NCBI RefSeq assembly: GCF_964204645.1
Contig: NC_134026.1
Location: forward strand, 24,834,150-24,898,149
Source: Tubulanus polymorphus
Lineage: Eukaryota > Animalia > Nemertea
Direction: 5' to 3'
DNA: 64,000 nt
Both the position numbers and the translations under genes were made by a program. Shown piece after piece: positions 52,483-64,000 of the stretch; positions within the stretch are counted from its first letter, which is position 1, and the number at the start of each line of letters is the position of its first letter. The notes beneath the pieces were generated by a model. That model did no database searches and was not told where the DNA came from. It was given only the letters and a program-made list of their open reading frames with translations.

Positions 52483-55400
52483 TCAAGTTTTAATCATGAT
52501 TTGACGCATTTTTGCTTCTTTGGCCTGTTTAAGAAGCTGCTGACTGAGTTTTGACTGTTCTAGATCCACTCCATGATAAAGATTTGATGTCTCTGCCATC
52601 TGTAAACAAACCGAAATAAAAGGGAAACACGTAAAAATTTTGGATTTCCGATACCAGAAATTCTTCCAAGGTGACAGCAGTATATATTGTTCTATGCAGT
52701 ATTTGACTTACCTTTTCCACTTTACACAGTTTGCGTCTAATAGCTAAGTCAACTCTAGCACATAGAGCACGACGATATGGTCCTATATTAGACAGGAGAG
52801 TCGCACGTTCTTTTTTCTTCTGAGCGATTGAAGTGTGAAATGCTGCAATATCGTGATACAATTCAAACTTCTTCGGTTGACTAGGAACAACTTTAGCTTC
52901 CATGTTGTTTGAATCGTTATCCATAGCAGCGGCATTTGCTAAATCCTCTACAAGTAAAATGAAACAAGCTTCATCCATTAGTATCAACTATTACTCTCGA
53001 TTCGAATATAAATCTGGCCATTGGGGTAATTTAAGGAAAATCTGTAATTGGTAGGTAATTTTCAATCTTTTATAGTAACTCCATGCATAAGCCATACAGT
53101 ATCTAATCCAGTCATTAGAATTAGGAGTTTATTCTAACACACAGCACTTAACCTTTGTATTCGTCATCAAACTGTTGCTGACAATATGTTTTAACTTGTT
53201 CCATAATCGCATCACCAGCATATGCACGGGAGACTCCTATCTCGGAGAGGATATGAGCAGCTTTAAACCTCCTTATTGCAGATGCTGCAGGAGGCTTCGA
53301 GCGTTTACTCATTAAACACGACCAGTCTATATCTAAACTATCTACAATACCTGAAAAATAGCAAATATTGTCACAGTATCAGTTAAATGTTTAGATTTGT
53401 TCATTTAACTAGAGGGACAGGTGTGACATATATCACATACCGGTTGTGGTATTCTTAAGATCTTCTTTCTGTTCTGATTCACTGTCCTCCTGACCCAAGA
53501 TAAACTCATCCAGTTCATCATCTGAGATCTCCTCATATGGCAGTTCTTCAGCATTTTTACCATCCTCCTCTGCTTCATCATCACCAGTCGTTGCTGCCTC
53601 CTTTGTGGCAGTGACACTTTCCTCAGCAACTGGAATATTTTCTGCAGGTTGCTGTGTTGATGCATTGTCTGATTTGACCTCACCTGACAGGGACTCTTCA
53701 CTCTTCTTTTCTCTAATTAGTCAAAATAAAGATTGCGTTCAAAAATAATTGACAGTAAGATTCAAGTTCATTATCTTAAAATTAATTTGATGTACAATCT
53801 CAATGATCTTAATCAAAGTCCATATTCATGTGATAAGAATACTGACCTGCTGATGCTGTTCGGAGTTGCTGCTGTATCTTGGTTGTCAGGTTGTTGATTA
53901 TTGCTGGATCTGCTGCCCACACTGCTATGGCTAGGACTCCGCCGAGATCTGTCAACCTGAAATATTTCAAATCATTACTACAAATATATATTATGCTAAT
54001 AAATACAGTAAAACAAAAGCTGTGATAAAATAAATAGGTACCTTGCTACGTTTTTTGTCGTCACTGCGTTCTGTAGTTTGTTTGCTTCGGCTTTCATTTG
54101 AAATTTCATCTGTAAATAAGACATCAATTCGTTCAGTTTGTTACTGTTATAGACCTTATTCACATAACATCACAGCGTGTCTGAATGTCCATTCAGTTCA
54201 AGCTATTTGGATTCAAAAGTCAGAGCTGCCATTTTGCTATACAATATGGCACCGGTGAATAAGGAATATATCACTTAAGGCAACTTCACTCCGTGACTTT
54301 GTACCTTGTTGATCATTAGATTTCTGTACGGTCTGTTCTGTTTGCTGCTGCTTTGACTTATCGCTTGACTCGCGATCATTTGATGGAGATCGTTTTCTTT
54401 TCTCACGACGGGTCTCGTCTCTAGATGGCGTGGTTGCCTCTCGTATGTCTTTATGTCCTCTTTCCCGACTCTGAATAAAGGAAAAATCAAAATTAGGTCA
54501 TTGTCAGTTTGAATTATTTCCTGAAGAACCGGGGCTGAGCTCCCAAAAGTCTAGACTAGAAATTAAAGCTTTAACTCTCAGACTAGTAAAATAGATGATT
54601 GAGTTGAGTCAGGATGTTCCGTTTGTATCTCAAGGCAGCATTTATTTCAAGTGAAGAGCGGGGTTTAACTTAAGTATGGCATTGGTCCCCCAATAGTACC
54701 GCAGATTTAGACGAATGATCATCTTCTCTGTTGTCAGATCTGGAACTGTGAATAGATGCAACCGGTGATACATCTCGTCTACGTTTTTGAGGTGGAGATA
54801 ATGAGCGCTGTACTGGTTCCCTGTCACTTTTATCACTGTCACGATTTCGCTTCCTGAAATAATGAAAACTCGCAGTGCACCTCGTTATAACTATTCATCA
54901 GATATAAAAAACTGAAACTAAATCATTGAATTTCTTACAACTTCGTCAAAGCATTGTAAAGTTCGTAAAGGATCTTGTGTAAAATAATCATAACTGCAAA
55001 TACAACCAACTTACCTCTGATCCCGTCGTTCATCTCTCCTGTCATCAGGCCTGTCATCTGGTCTCTCATCCTGTCTATCAGCTCTTCTATCATCTTGTTT
55101 ATCATTTCTCCTATCATCCTGTCTATCATCTCTCCTGTCATCCTGTCTATCATCTCTCCTGTCATCCGGCCTATCATCTCTCCTGTCATCCTGTCTATCA
55201 TCTCTCCTGTCATCCTGCCTATCATCTCTCCTGTCATCCTGCCTATCATCTCTCCTGTCATCCCTCCGATTATCGATTCTATCATCTCTCCTATCATCAG
55301 GCCTGTCATTCCGTTTATTATCGCTCCTGTCATCCCTCCCATCATCTCTTCTGTCTTCCAACCTGTCATCCCTCCTGATATCCATTCTTTCATCTCTTCT

Positions 55401-58400
55401 GTCATCCCGTCCATCATCTCTCCTGTCATCCCTCCTATCAACGGATCTCTCATCCATCCTGTTATCTCTTCGATCTCTATCATCACGTCTGTCATCCCGT
55501 CGTTCATCTCTTCTCTCATCCAATCTGTCATCTCTTCTATCTCTGCCATCCCTCCTATCGTCTCTTCTCTCATCTCTCCTCTCATCCAGCCGATCATCTC
55601 TCCTATCTCTGTCATCACGTCTGTCATCCCTTTCTCGACTTCCAGTATGATCTCGATCCTCTCGGTCCGGAAATCGTCTGTCATAATCAGAATGCACAGA
55701 TCTCTCTGAAAATAATATATAACATTTCACGACGAATTCGATACAATTCGGTTAATTATATGATTTATTTAACAGACCTCGTGGTGGAAATGGCGGACGA
55801 TTTCCCCTTCTTCCTCGAATTAGATCACGACCTCTACCATATTCAAGATCATCTGGAGAAAAAATTTTGTTTTTCAGTTTATCAAATACGAAATTTTATA
55901 AAAACGCTCACCATCAATATACATACTTATAGGATTCCAGTCAGGTGGTGGACCATATCCAAATCGATCTGGTTCGACGGGTGGCCGTTGATCGTACCAT
56001 TCTGGAGGGGGGCCAGGTGGCCCACGTCTATCTCTCATAGGAACAGGAGGCAGATTATGAGGTGCAGGTAGAGGAGGTTCTAACTCATTAGCTACCGGAT
56101 CCCCGCACTGCTCAAACATCGCGTATAGACGCTGTTGAATATCGTCAGGATTATAACCGCCTCGTCCTCTCGCTTCGTTCGGCGGGGGTAGAGGTGGAGG
56201 CAGCGCGCCGCGTCGACCGGGAGGTGAACGACCCATAGCGTCGCGTCGGAGTCCCCGACGATCATCCGAGTATCGACCATCTCTCGGAGGACGATCGACC
56301 GGCGAACCGCGCCACAGATCTCTCGGATCTATATCTCGCCCCGGAGACAATCGCGGATCCATCGGACCCCGATCATCTTTGCGCCCTCTACGATGAGGGG
56401 GCAAGTCTCGCATATCTCTCATATCATCTGGATATCCTTTACCAGGTGGCGTTAAACCGCGATAATCTCTCCCAGGACCGGGTGATAACGGAATCCTGTA
56501 GTCCTGGAGTCGTCTCGGATCAGGCAAATCTCTCAAATCGCGTTCATCCCGCGGCATCATTCGATCTGGCGACATTGGCGGACGTCGGTCGTCCATACGT
56601 CTGTCACCATAACGATCAATACTTCGCCGCGGATCCCGTTCATCCAATTCGTGACGGCCTCGCGGCGGAGGTGGCGGGAAACGTTCCATCTTTTCTCGAT
56701 CAGGAGTTGAGCCACGTGGCACGCGTCCCCCGCGACGCTCTTTACTGTGACCTCGGGGATTACGATCGATGCTACCAGTCGGAGAACGAACACTAGACCG
56801 GTGAGATTCTGTCGGTGATTTATCTCGCCGCCGATCATCTATAGCTCTCCCTCGCGACGGTCGATCTTTCACACTACCAGTACCTCCTCTCTCACTTACA
56901 GGTGGTGGAGACTGCGCTCTGTGCGCGCGATGGGAATCTGATTCGCGGTTCGGAGCATCTTCATATGAGTCATTTTGTCTTTTTCCACGTGAAGATGACT
57001 CCGACTCATCGCGTCGTGCGCTTTCACGATGTTTACGACTGGTTGATCCAGACGGAGAGTCACGACGATTTTTACGTTCACTACGACTCGAATGACTAGA
57101 ATCATCATCTGATAATTCTCTCCTCTCCTGTGATATGTCTTGGTGTTTTTCATTCTTTTTATAACCACTTTCCGGTTCTTTCTTCTTCTGTCTTTCGCGA
57201 CTTCCGTCATCTTTTCTCTTTTTTTCAACTTTCTCTTCCTTCACTTTAACCTTGTCAATCTTTTTCTCTTTAATATCTTTCTTTGCTTCTTCATATCTCT
57301 TTTCACTGCGACTTGTTTTAGCCTCAAGTTCCTTCTCGGCTGGCCGGAACTTTTGTTTCAGTTTTCGTGGAGCCTCTTCCACGGGATTGGTTTTTTGTTC
57401 TTTGACCTTTTTCTTGAGTTTTCCAGCATGTTCTGGAGATGGAGATAACTGTCCCTGTTCGGGAGATGATGTCCTCGAGCCACGCTTGTGTTTGTCTTTT
57501 CTTTTATCCTTTTTATGAGATGTTTTTTCTGGTTCTTCTGAAGATTCTCTCCTGAAAGAAAAATAATCAAATTTCAAAATAGAATTTCACTTTGAAAATT
57601 ATCACAACAATTTCTTATGACAATATTTTATACTTTTTCTTGCGTTTCTGTGGACTGATTGACTCTTTACGCCGTTCTCCCGATCTTGATCTTGAAGTCT
57701 TCGCTTTCTTTTGTTCTTTTCCTTTTTTCCTGAGGGATATTCATTGTAATTAGTATCAGAAAAAATTTTTCCAAGAAACTTGATCAAACTGTAAAATACT
57801 AATGGGCCACACAATAAGAATTGCAAAGAAACCAATAACTTTATCTTAATAGTTTCTAGATCAGTTATAACAGGAATCTATTATACTTACTTTGGGCTAA
57901 CACGTTCGGCTTGCTTCGGGATAACTTTCTTTTTATGTGATTGTTTAGGAGGAGGTTCATCATCACTATCTGAGTCCGAGGAACTAGAGGAGCCACTGCT
58001 ATCACTACTGCTGCTACTACTAGATTCCTATAGTTCATTAAAAAATGTTTGATATCCTTTCATTGTAGTGGTATACAAGAACACATCATCAACAATAAAG
58101 CAGAGCTAACACAAACCTCATTAAGTCTACTGAGTTCACGTTTAAGTTCCTGACGTCGTTTCATTAAAACTAATTCTTCGTTGTGATCCAAATGCTGTGC
58201 ATCAAACGTATCTTCATCTGTTCATATCAATACAATTATCATTAAGTTTAGTATAATATATTCAGGATGCAGAATTCGCTCAATCCCTGACTAACTGACA
58301 TTTGGTTTCATTTAGTTCGCAAATAATCGACTAACTCTGATAAACAAAGTTCGCCTTTGCTGAAAAATTCTAATCATTTCAATACCTTGATCATCAGAAT

Positions 58401-59468
58401 CATCACCTGAAGAGGAATCTGAACCGGAATGAGCTGGTTTCACGACAACTGTCGATTTAACTTTACTTTTATCTCGCCTCGAAGAAGATTTCTCATCCTA
58501 AAACAAATAGAGGATTCATTCGTAGCACATACCAGAGAATCCCGCACTAATGAAATGGAAGTTAAAGTCCGAAAAGTTTTTCTTTCAGCTTTCAGAATTT
58601 TCGGACTTTATCTTCCGTTTTATTAGCGTGGGATTCTCTATACATCGTCACAACACGGAATGGTGTTTCATCAACTGGTCAACATATATTATATTAATCA
58701 AACTAGTAGATGAATTCAATTGGCAAAACTGACCTCCTCATCTTCTCCAGTGCTACGTCTTTTATCACGACTCCGCCGTTTCGTTTTTGTTGGTGAATTA
58801 TCTGCATTTCGACCACTGGAATATTATATACAGTTTAAAAAATTGTATTTTCAAATTTTTTTAGGTAACACCCAGGTATTATTAGGTCATTACGCAGTGT
58901 TTGATTGATTCATCTCTATTAAGTCCAACAGCTTATCAAATATTTTTAGATCTGTTAGCAAAAGTAGTGTTATAATGTATCGATGTTGTTTTCTTGAGAT
59001 TTCTTCCTACCTGCGTTTACCAGTAGATTGTGCCGGATGATTGTATTTACATTTGTTTCCATACGGACATTTTCCGGTATTTATCCACTGATTACAATCC
59101 TTCTCTGTGACTCCAGAACGCTGAAAACAGAGTGATACATCATCAAAATCCCAAAACAATTGACTTTGAAAATAGTTTACAAAGAAACTGATGATAGCAG
59201 CATAGCAGCGATTGATAATAATAGCGAATAGTAGATTTAAACGACAGATGATTCTGTTTAAATACGGATTCTGAAATGTTCGTCAATCGATTAGTAAAGT
59301 TAGTAGGAAAATAAACATTACCCTGGAACTACTGTTAGTTTCTTCTTCATCATGATATTGTCGGCGAGAAGACCCGCCCGGACCCAAACGCTCAAAAACA
59401 CTTGGTTTACTGCGCTTTTCATCAACAGACGCCTCATCAACTGTTACTTTCCTTCGATATTTACTCAT
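52483..59468 (-). CDS. ZC3H13: ZC3H13/Flacc (m6A writer complex subunit)
   Basis: MSKYRRKVTV...PSVFERLGP N-terminus, CCCH finger (CNQWINTGKCPYGNKCKYNH), long R/D/S/P-rich region, C-terminal GPYRRALCARVDLAIRRKL. Stop at 52485-52483. An alternative in-frame ATG lies at 59480. Confidence 0.9.
55020..55650 (-). repeat. Coding 12/24-bp tandem repeat (DDRR/DDRQ) within a ZC3H13 exon
   Basis: Plus strand (ctatcatctctcctgtcatcctgt)n, translating on the minus strand to DDRRDDRQ repeats. Confidence 0.9.
58534..58639. mobile_element. MITE-like 106-bp hairpin in a ZC3H13 intron
   Basis: 42-bp arms: AGAGAATCCCGCACTAATGAAATGGAAGTTAAAGTCCGAAAA and its reverse complement with 5 mismatches, 22-nt spacer, TA dinucleotides close to both ends. 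Confidence 0.65.
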
Positions 59469-59907
59469 TGCTTTTACCATCAGTGCTCACCATCAACACC
59501 TAAAATATGAAGATTAAATATGATCAAACTGTTGAATGCTGCTGAACAACAAATTCAATTCAATCAATACATCATCGATCAAAAACGATTGTTACTCCAC
59601 TCTAAATTTAAAAGACTAACGTGCTATTTCAAAATCTAAAGAATACACACCTTACCTAAACATGATATTACACCACAGGTAGAGTATGTAAACAGAACTG
59701 AGTTCGAATTCTCACGGTGTAACAAGTTTTTAACCCAAAACAAAAAAAGGAAACCCCCAATCCAACCAGAAGGGAATTCCCGCTGATTCGGACGTGTGCA
59801 ACGGAACTAATTGAATCTGTGTCAGCATAACCAATATGTCAGCCTCCTGTCTACTGATGCATTACTGCTTATCAGTAACCTGATAACAGATAGTTGTAGT
59901 TGAAAAA

Positions 59908-62900
59908 ATGGCGATGCCAAGAAAATCATCAGGTGGTGGTGGTGCATCAACTCCACCAAGGATATCAGCTATGGTAAAGCTTCGTTTGAATCTCAAAGAC
60001 AAAAGTAGCAACATTGAGGCAAGCCCACTCGAGTGAGACTGGGCTGGGGGTGCCTGGCTTTGTTGTTGAAATAATGAGAAAATACGGCGCTATTGCACTT
60101 TCGTACCCCCCTCCCAAAAATACTTTCTAAAGTGTATCTGTGTGTAGTGGTTAGGCTACTCGTAGTCCTTAAGGCTCGATTACAGCCGGTCGGTGTTATT
60201 CAGCAGTGCATAGCATGAGTGGCTTAGAATGGGACCACAAAATGCTTAGCTTTTAGTCGAGTTACATGTAACTTGTAACATTATATATGATGGGCAGTCA
60301 GCCCCTGATATTGCATATAACCTTTCATCTCAATCTGGAAAAAGTGAAATATGAGTGAAATCCCTGTTCTTCATAGTGAAACGTAAGTGAATATTTGTAA
60401 CACCCTGTAACACCTGTAACGCTATATGAAACACTAGTAACTAAAAGTAAAAAATCTGTAACGCTATGTAACACACTGTAACAAGGGTGTAACAGGCTGT
60501 AACGCCCTGTAACACCATGTGAAACCCCTGTAACTCAAAGCGAAATATGTGTAACGCTATGTAACACCCTGTAACAATGGTGTAACGGGCTGTAACGCCC
60601 TGTAACACTATGTGAAACCCCTGTAACTAGAAGCAAAATATGTGTAACGCTATGTAACACCCTGTAACAAGGGTGTAACAGGCTGAAAGGTTGAGTGAAA
60701 CAGGCTGTAACACCATGTGAAATCCTTGTAAATGAAATATGTGTAACGCTATGTAACACCCTGTAACACGGGTGTAACAGGCTGTAACGCCCTGTAACAC
60801 CATGTGAAACTCCTGTAACTAAAAGTGAAATATGTGTAACGCTATGTAACACCCGGTAACAAGGGTGTAACAGGCTGTAACGCCCTGTAACACCATGTGA
60901 AACCCCTGTAACTCAAAGTGAAATATGTGTAACGCTATGTAACACCCTGTAACACTGGTGTAACAGGCTGTAACGCCCCATAACGCTATATGAAACCCCT
61001 GTAACTCAAAGCACATATTTCACTTTTAGTTACTAGGGTTTCACATGGTGTTACAGGGCGTTACAGCCCGTTACACCATTGTTACAGGGTGTTACATAGC
61101 GTTACACATATTTCGCTTTGAGTTACAGGGGCTTCACATGGTGTTACAGGGCGTTACAGCCTGTTACACCCTTGTTACAGGGTGTTACATAGCGTTACAT
61201 ATATTTCACTTTGAGTTACTAGGGTTTCACATGGTGTTATGGGGTGTTACAGCCTGTTACACCATTGTTACAGGGTGTTACATAGTGTTACAGATATTTC
61301 ACTTTTAGTTACAGGGGTTTCACATGGTGTTACAGGGCGTTACAGCCCGTTACACCTTAGTTACAGGGTGTTATAGATATTTCACTTTCAGTTACTATGG
61401 TTTCACATGGTGTTACAGGGCGTTACAGCCTGTTACACCCTTGTTACAGGGTGTTAAATAGTGTTACAGATATTTCACTTTTAGTTACAGGGGTTTCACA
61501 TGGTGTTACAGGGCGTTACAGCCTGTTACACCCTTGTTACTGGGTGTTACAAAGCGTTACACATATTTCACTTTGAGTTACAGGGGTTTCACATGGTGTT
61601 ACAGGGCGTTACAGCCTGTTACACCCTTGTTACAGGGTGTTACATAGTGTTACAGATATTTCACTTTTAGTTACAGGGGTTTCACATGGTGTTACAGGGC
61701 GTTACAGCCTGTTACACCCTTGTTACCGGGTGTTACATAGTGTTACAGATATTTCACTTTTAGTTACAAGGGTTTTACATGGTGTTACAGGGCGTTACAG
61801 CCTGTTACACCCTTGTTACAGGGCGTTACATAGCGTTACACATATTTCACTTTGAGTTACAGGGGTTTCACATGGTGTTACGGGGCGTTACAGCTCGTTA
61901 CACCATTGTTAGAGTGTGTTACATAGCGTTACACATATTTCACTTTGAGTTACAGGGGTTTCACAAGGCGTTTCATATAGCGTTACAGGGCATTACAGCC
62001 TGTTGCACCCTTGTTACAGGGTGTTACATAGCGTTACACATATTCCACTTTGACTTACACAGGGGTTTCAGACTGTTACTGCATTAGGATATTTGCATTC
62101 TTTGACAGTTTCGCAAAGTAGATTATATGAGGTTACAACGCGAAAATATCCTTTTGGCTTTCCAAAAATGAAGTACGACCTAATGTTACATGTTACTTGT
62201 AACTTGATGGGAAGTTAAGCATTTCTCTGTCCCATTTTAAGCCTTATATAGTGCATAGTGTCGATGGCCAGTTTCAAACTGGTCAATTCTGGGACGACAT
62301 AGGCCTACTTATCTTTTCCAATTTTAACTCCCCCGCCGCCACCCTCCACCCGTTTTGCTTTAATTATTGTTGTATTTCTTTTGCAGAAAAACCACACAAA
62401 GAGCTGGACTGATGACCTTCCTGTTTGTCATTTGTCAGGAGTCGGCTTTTCAACGAATCAAATTTATCGAGAGGACGGTTCACGCTGTGAAGAACACGAG
62501 TTTGAAGATAAAAGCTTTCATTTTCGGTTCGTTTAGATAAACATTCATTTCACTAACACCTTATCATACTGGTACATTAATGTATGTTGAATTTGCTCAA
62601 TTTTTAGGCTTGATAATGACATGTTTCTATATGGTGTATTTGATGGCCATGATGGCAGTCGTGCCTCACATTTTGCTGCTCAGCGTATACCCGCAGAAAT
62701 ATTACTAGATCAACTTCATGGAAAAACAGAAGACGAAGATATTCATCATGTTTTACATCAAGCGTTCATAGCAGTTGAAAAAGGCTTCTTTGAATCTATA
62801 GATGATGATCTTGCTGAGATGGCAAATCTTCAAATGCAACTACCAGAGGTGCAACAACTATACTATTCACTATTCGTCTATTATTTTCAACTTTTCTTCT

Positions 62901-64000
62901 ATCCTTTGAATTGTATTGATATAGTTCACTATTCTACTATGCTACTCAACCTCTCTTAATATCCTTTGGAATAGTAGAATTTTTACGATCGTAACAATCC
63001 TTAGAATATTAATGGTCATTCCTTACCAATTCACAAAATATTCAACATTCTACCCTGCTCTTCTACTATTTAGAATAGCAGAATTGTAAAAATTGATTAT
63101 GTTTTGGAATAGTAGAATTATTACTGTCTACTAAATCTACTATTATAAGATCCTGTGCCAATATCCTCAGCTGGGCTTGACATTGCTATTGCTGTAGTTT
63201 TGAATTATTATGCTTCTATTTTAGGGCTTGACCCCTGAAGAACTGTATGATAAACATGGGGATATCATGAACAAAATTCAACAAATTGAAGCGGATATAT
63301 CAGGAGGCACTACAGCAGTTGTAGCGCTGGTTTATAACAATAAACTCTATGTGGCAAATGTTGGTAAGGGAAATACCATTCTAGTGGTATGAAATTGCAA
63401 TATCTTTGGGCAAAATTGAGACTGTTTTGATGTATTTTAGGAAACAGTCGAGCATTGTTGTGTAGAACGGATGCATCTGGGACCCTACGTGTCATCCAGT
63501 TAACCACTGATCATGCTATTGATAATGAAGACGAGCAATATAGACTATCTCAGCTTGGTTTGGATGTACCCGAAATTCTCAAACATGGAACATTGGGAAA
63601 TCAGATTTATACGCGATGTATTGGAGGATGTTTGAAAGTTAAAGGTGGATATAAAGAGCTTGATCTACTCAGGTAAGGATAAACATTGTGCCTCTAAAAA
63701 TCGATTGCAAATAAGTACCAGTACTTCGATTGTTTGAATATCCAATTTTAGAAATGCCTCAAGAGAACCGGTCATAGCTGAACCTGAAATTAATGGTGGA
63801 ATACCTCTAGATGAGTCGTGCCGTTGTCTGATATTAATGACTGATGGATTATACCGATCACTCGAAGATGCAACAGGCGCGGAGCATGTAAATGCTGATC
63901 TGGTTGCGATGGTAGCCGGAGAGTTCAGTGTTCAATCGACATTGAATGGTGTTGCACAAGCTGTAGTCGATAAAGTTGTTCGTTTTCATCACGATACGTA
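59908..64000 (+). CDS. TAB1: TAK1-binding protein 1 (PP2C-fold), 5' part; runs off window
   Basis: Putative exon 1 59908-59973 (MAMPRKSS...). Exon 2 from 62387 (SWTDDLPVCHLSGVG). Then LYGVFDGHDG...AQRIPAEILLDQL, ISGGTTAVVAL...LYVANVGNSRA, VKGGYK, PVIAEPEI, LMTDGLY. Confidence 0.93.
60397..61011 (+). repeat. 93-bp satellite array, left arm (~6 units; TGTAAC sub-repeat every 10-11 bp)
   Basis: Unit GTGTAACGCTATGTAACACCCTGTAACAAGGGTGTAACAGGCTGTAACGCCCTGTAACACCATGTGAAACCCCTGTAACTCAAAGTGAAATAT. The 31-aa period in the spurious ORFs confirms 93 bp. Confidence 0.95.
61012..62070 (-). repeat. 93-bp satellite array, right arm (~11 units, inverted orientation)
   Basis: Reverse complement of the same unit (GTTACA sub-repeats), starting immediately at the junction ...GTAACTCAAAG|CACATATTTCAC... 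Confidence 0.95.

Larger units (their letters stand above)
60214..62249. mobile_element. Foldback-like non-autonomous DNA element in TAB1 intron 1
   Basis: Imperfect 63-bp inverted termini 60221-60283 (GGCTTAGAATGGGAC...) and 62181-62243 (...GTCCCATTTTAAGCC). Direct repeat AGTGCATAG at 60205-60213 and 62250-62258. Interior filled by two opposed satellite arrays. No transposase ORF. Confidence 0.7.

Noticed and set aside
54935-55709. Long alternative-frame and antisense ORFs (MTGEMIDR..., IISPVILS...)
   Set aside because: Shadows of the DDRR coding repeat in ZC3H13. Only the DR frame fits the gene.
60397-62070. Regular repeat array as a CRISPR array or as coding ORFs (MVLQGVTACY..., MLHSVTHISL...)
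   Set aside because: No unique spacers, no cas genes, eukaryotic intron. The ORFs are a by-product of a 93-bp unit divisible by three.
27481-62966. Other RTATCCTT matches as U12 donors (e.g. 27481, 51082, 56432, 58053, 62959)
   Set aside because: They lie on the non-coding strand, in intergenic DNA or mid-intron, not at exon boundaries that need them.
62880-63140. Scattered AATAGTAGAAT/ATTCTACTAT words in both orientations in a TAB1 intron
   Set aside because: Probably a decayed repeat. No termini or period could be defined, so it is not called.

Overview
AT-rich, gene-dense eukaryotic window with short spliceosomal introns (mostly 80-150 nt). The gene content indicates an invertebrate metazoan, probably spiralian (a guess). 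Gene order: HDAC3 (5' part, -), UBE3C (-), a CABIT/SAM GAREM-like adaptor (-), PLAA (+), SETD8/KMT5A (-), FBXW8 (+), vitellogenin-like LLTP copy A (+), selenoprotein N (-), vitellogenin-like copy B (-), a CAP/ShK-like secreted protein (-), a divergent Shaw-type Kv subunit (+), STN1 (+), Hv1 (-), ZC3H13 (-), TAB1 (+, runs off the end). Most notable: (1) the two LLTP genes form a large inverted repeat with patchwork identity, enclosing the whole SELENON gene with its Sec UGA, SRE hairpin and SECIS; (2) a ~2 kb foldback-like element in TAB1 intron 1, with terminal inverted repeats, a candidate 9-bp TSD and a 93-bp satellite that switches orientation; (3) a Kv subunit with a rewired voltage sensor and gate; (4) an AT-AC U12-type intron in STN1. 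All gene models were read by eye, so boundaries may be off by a few bases. No database searches were run, and orthology calls rest on recalled sequences.
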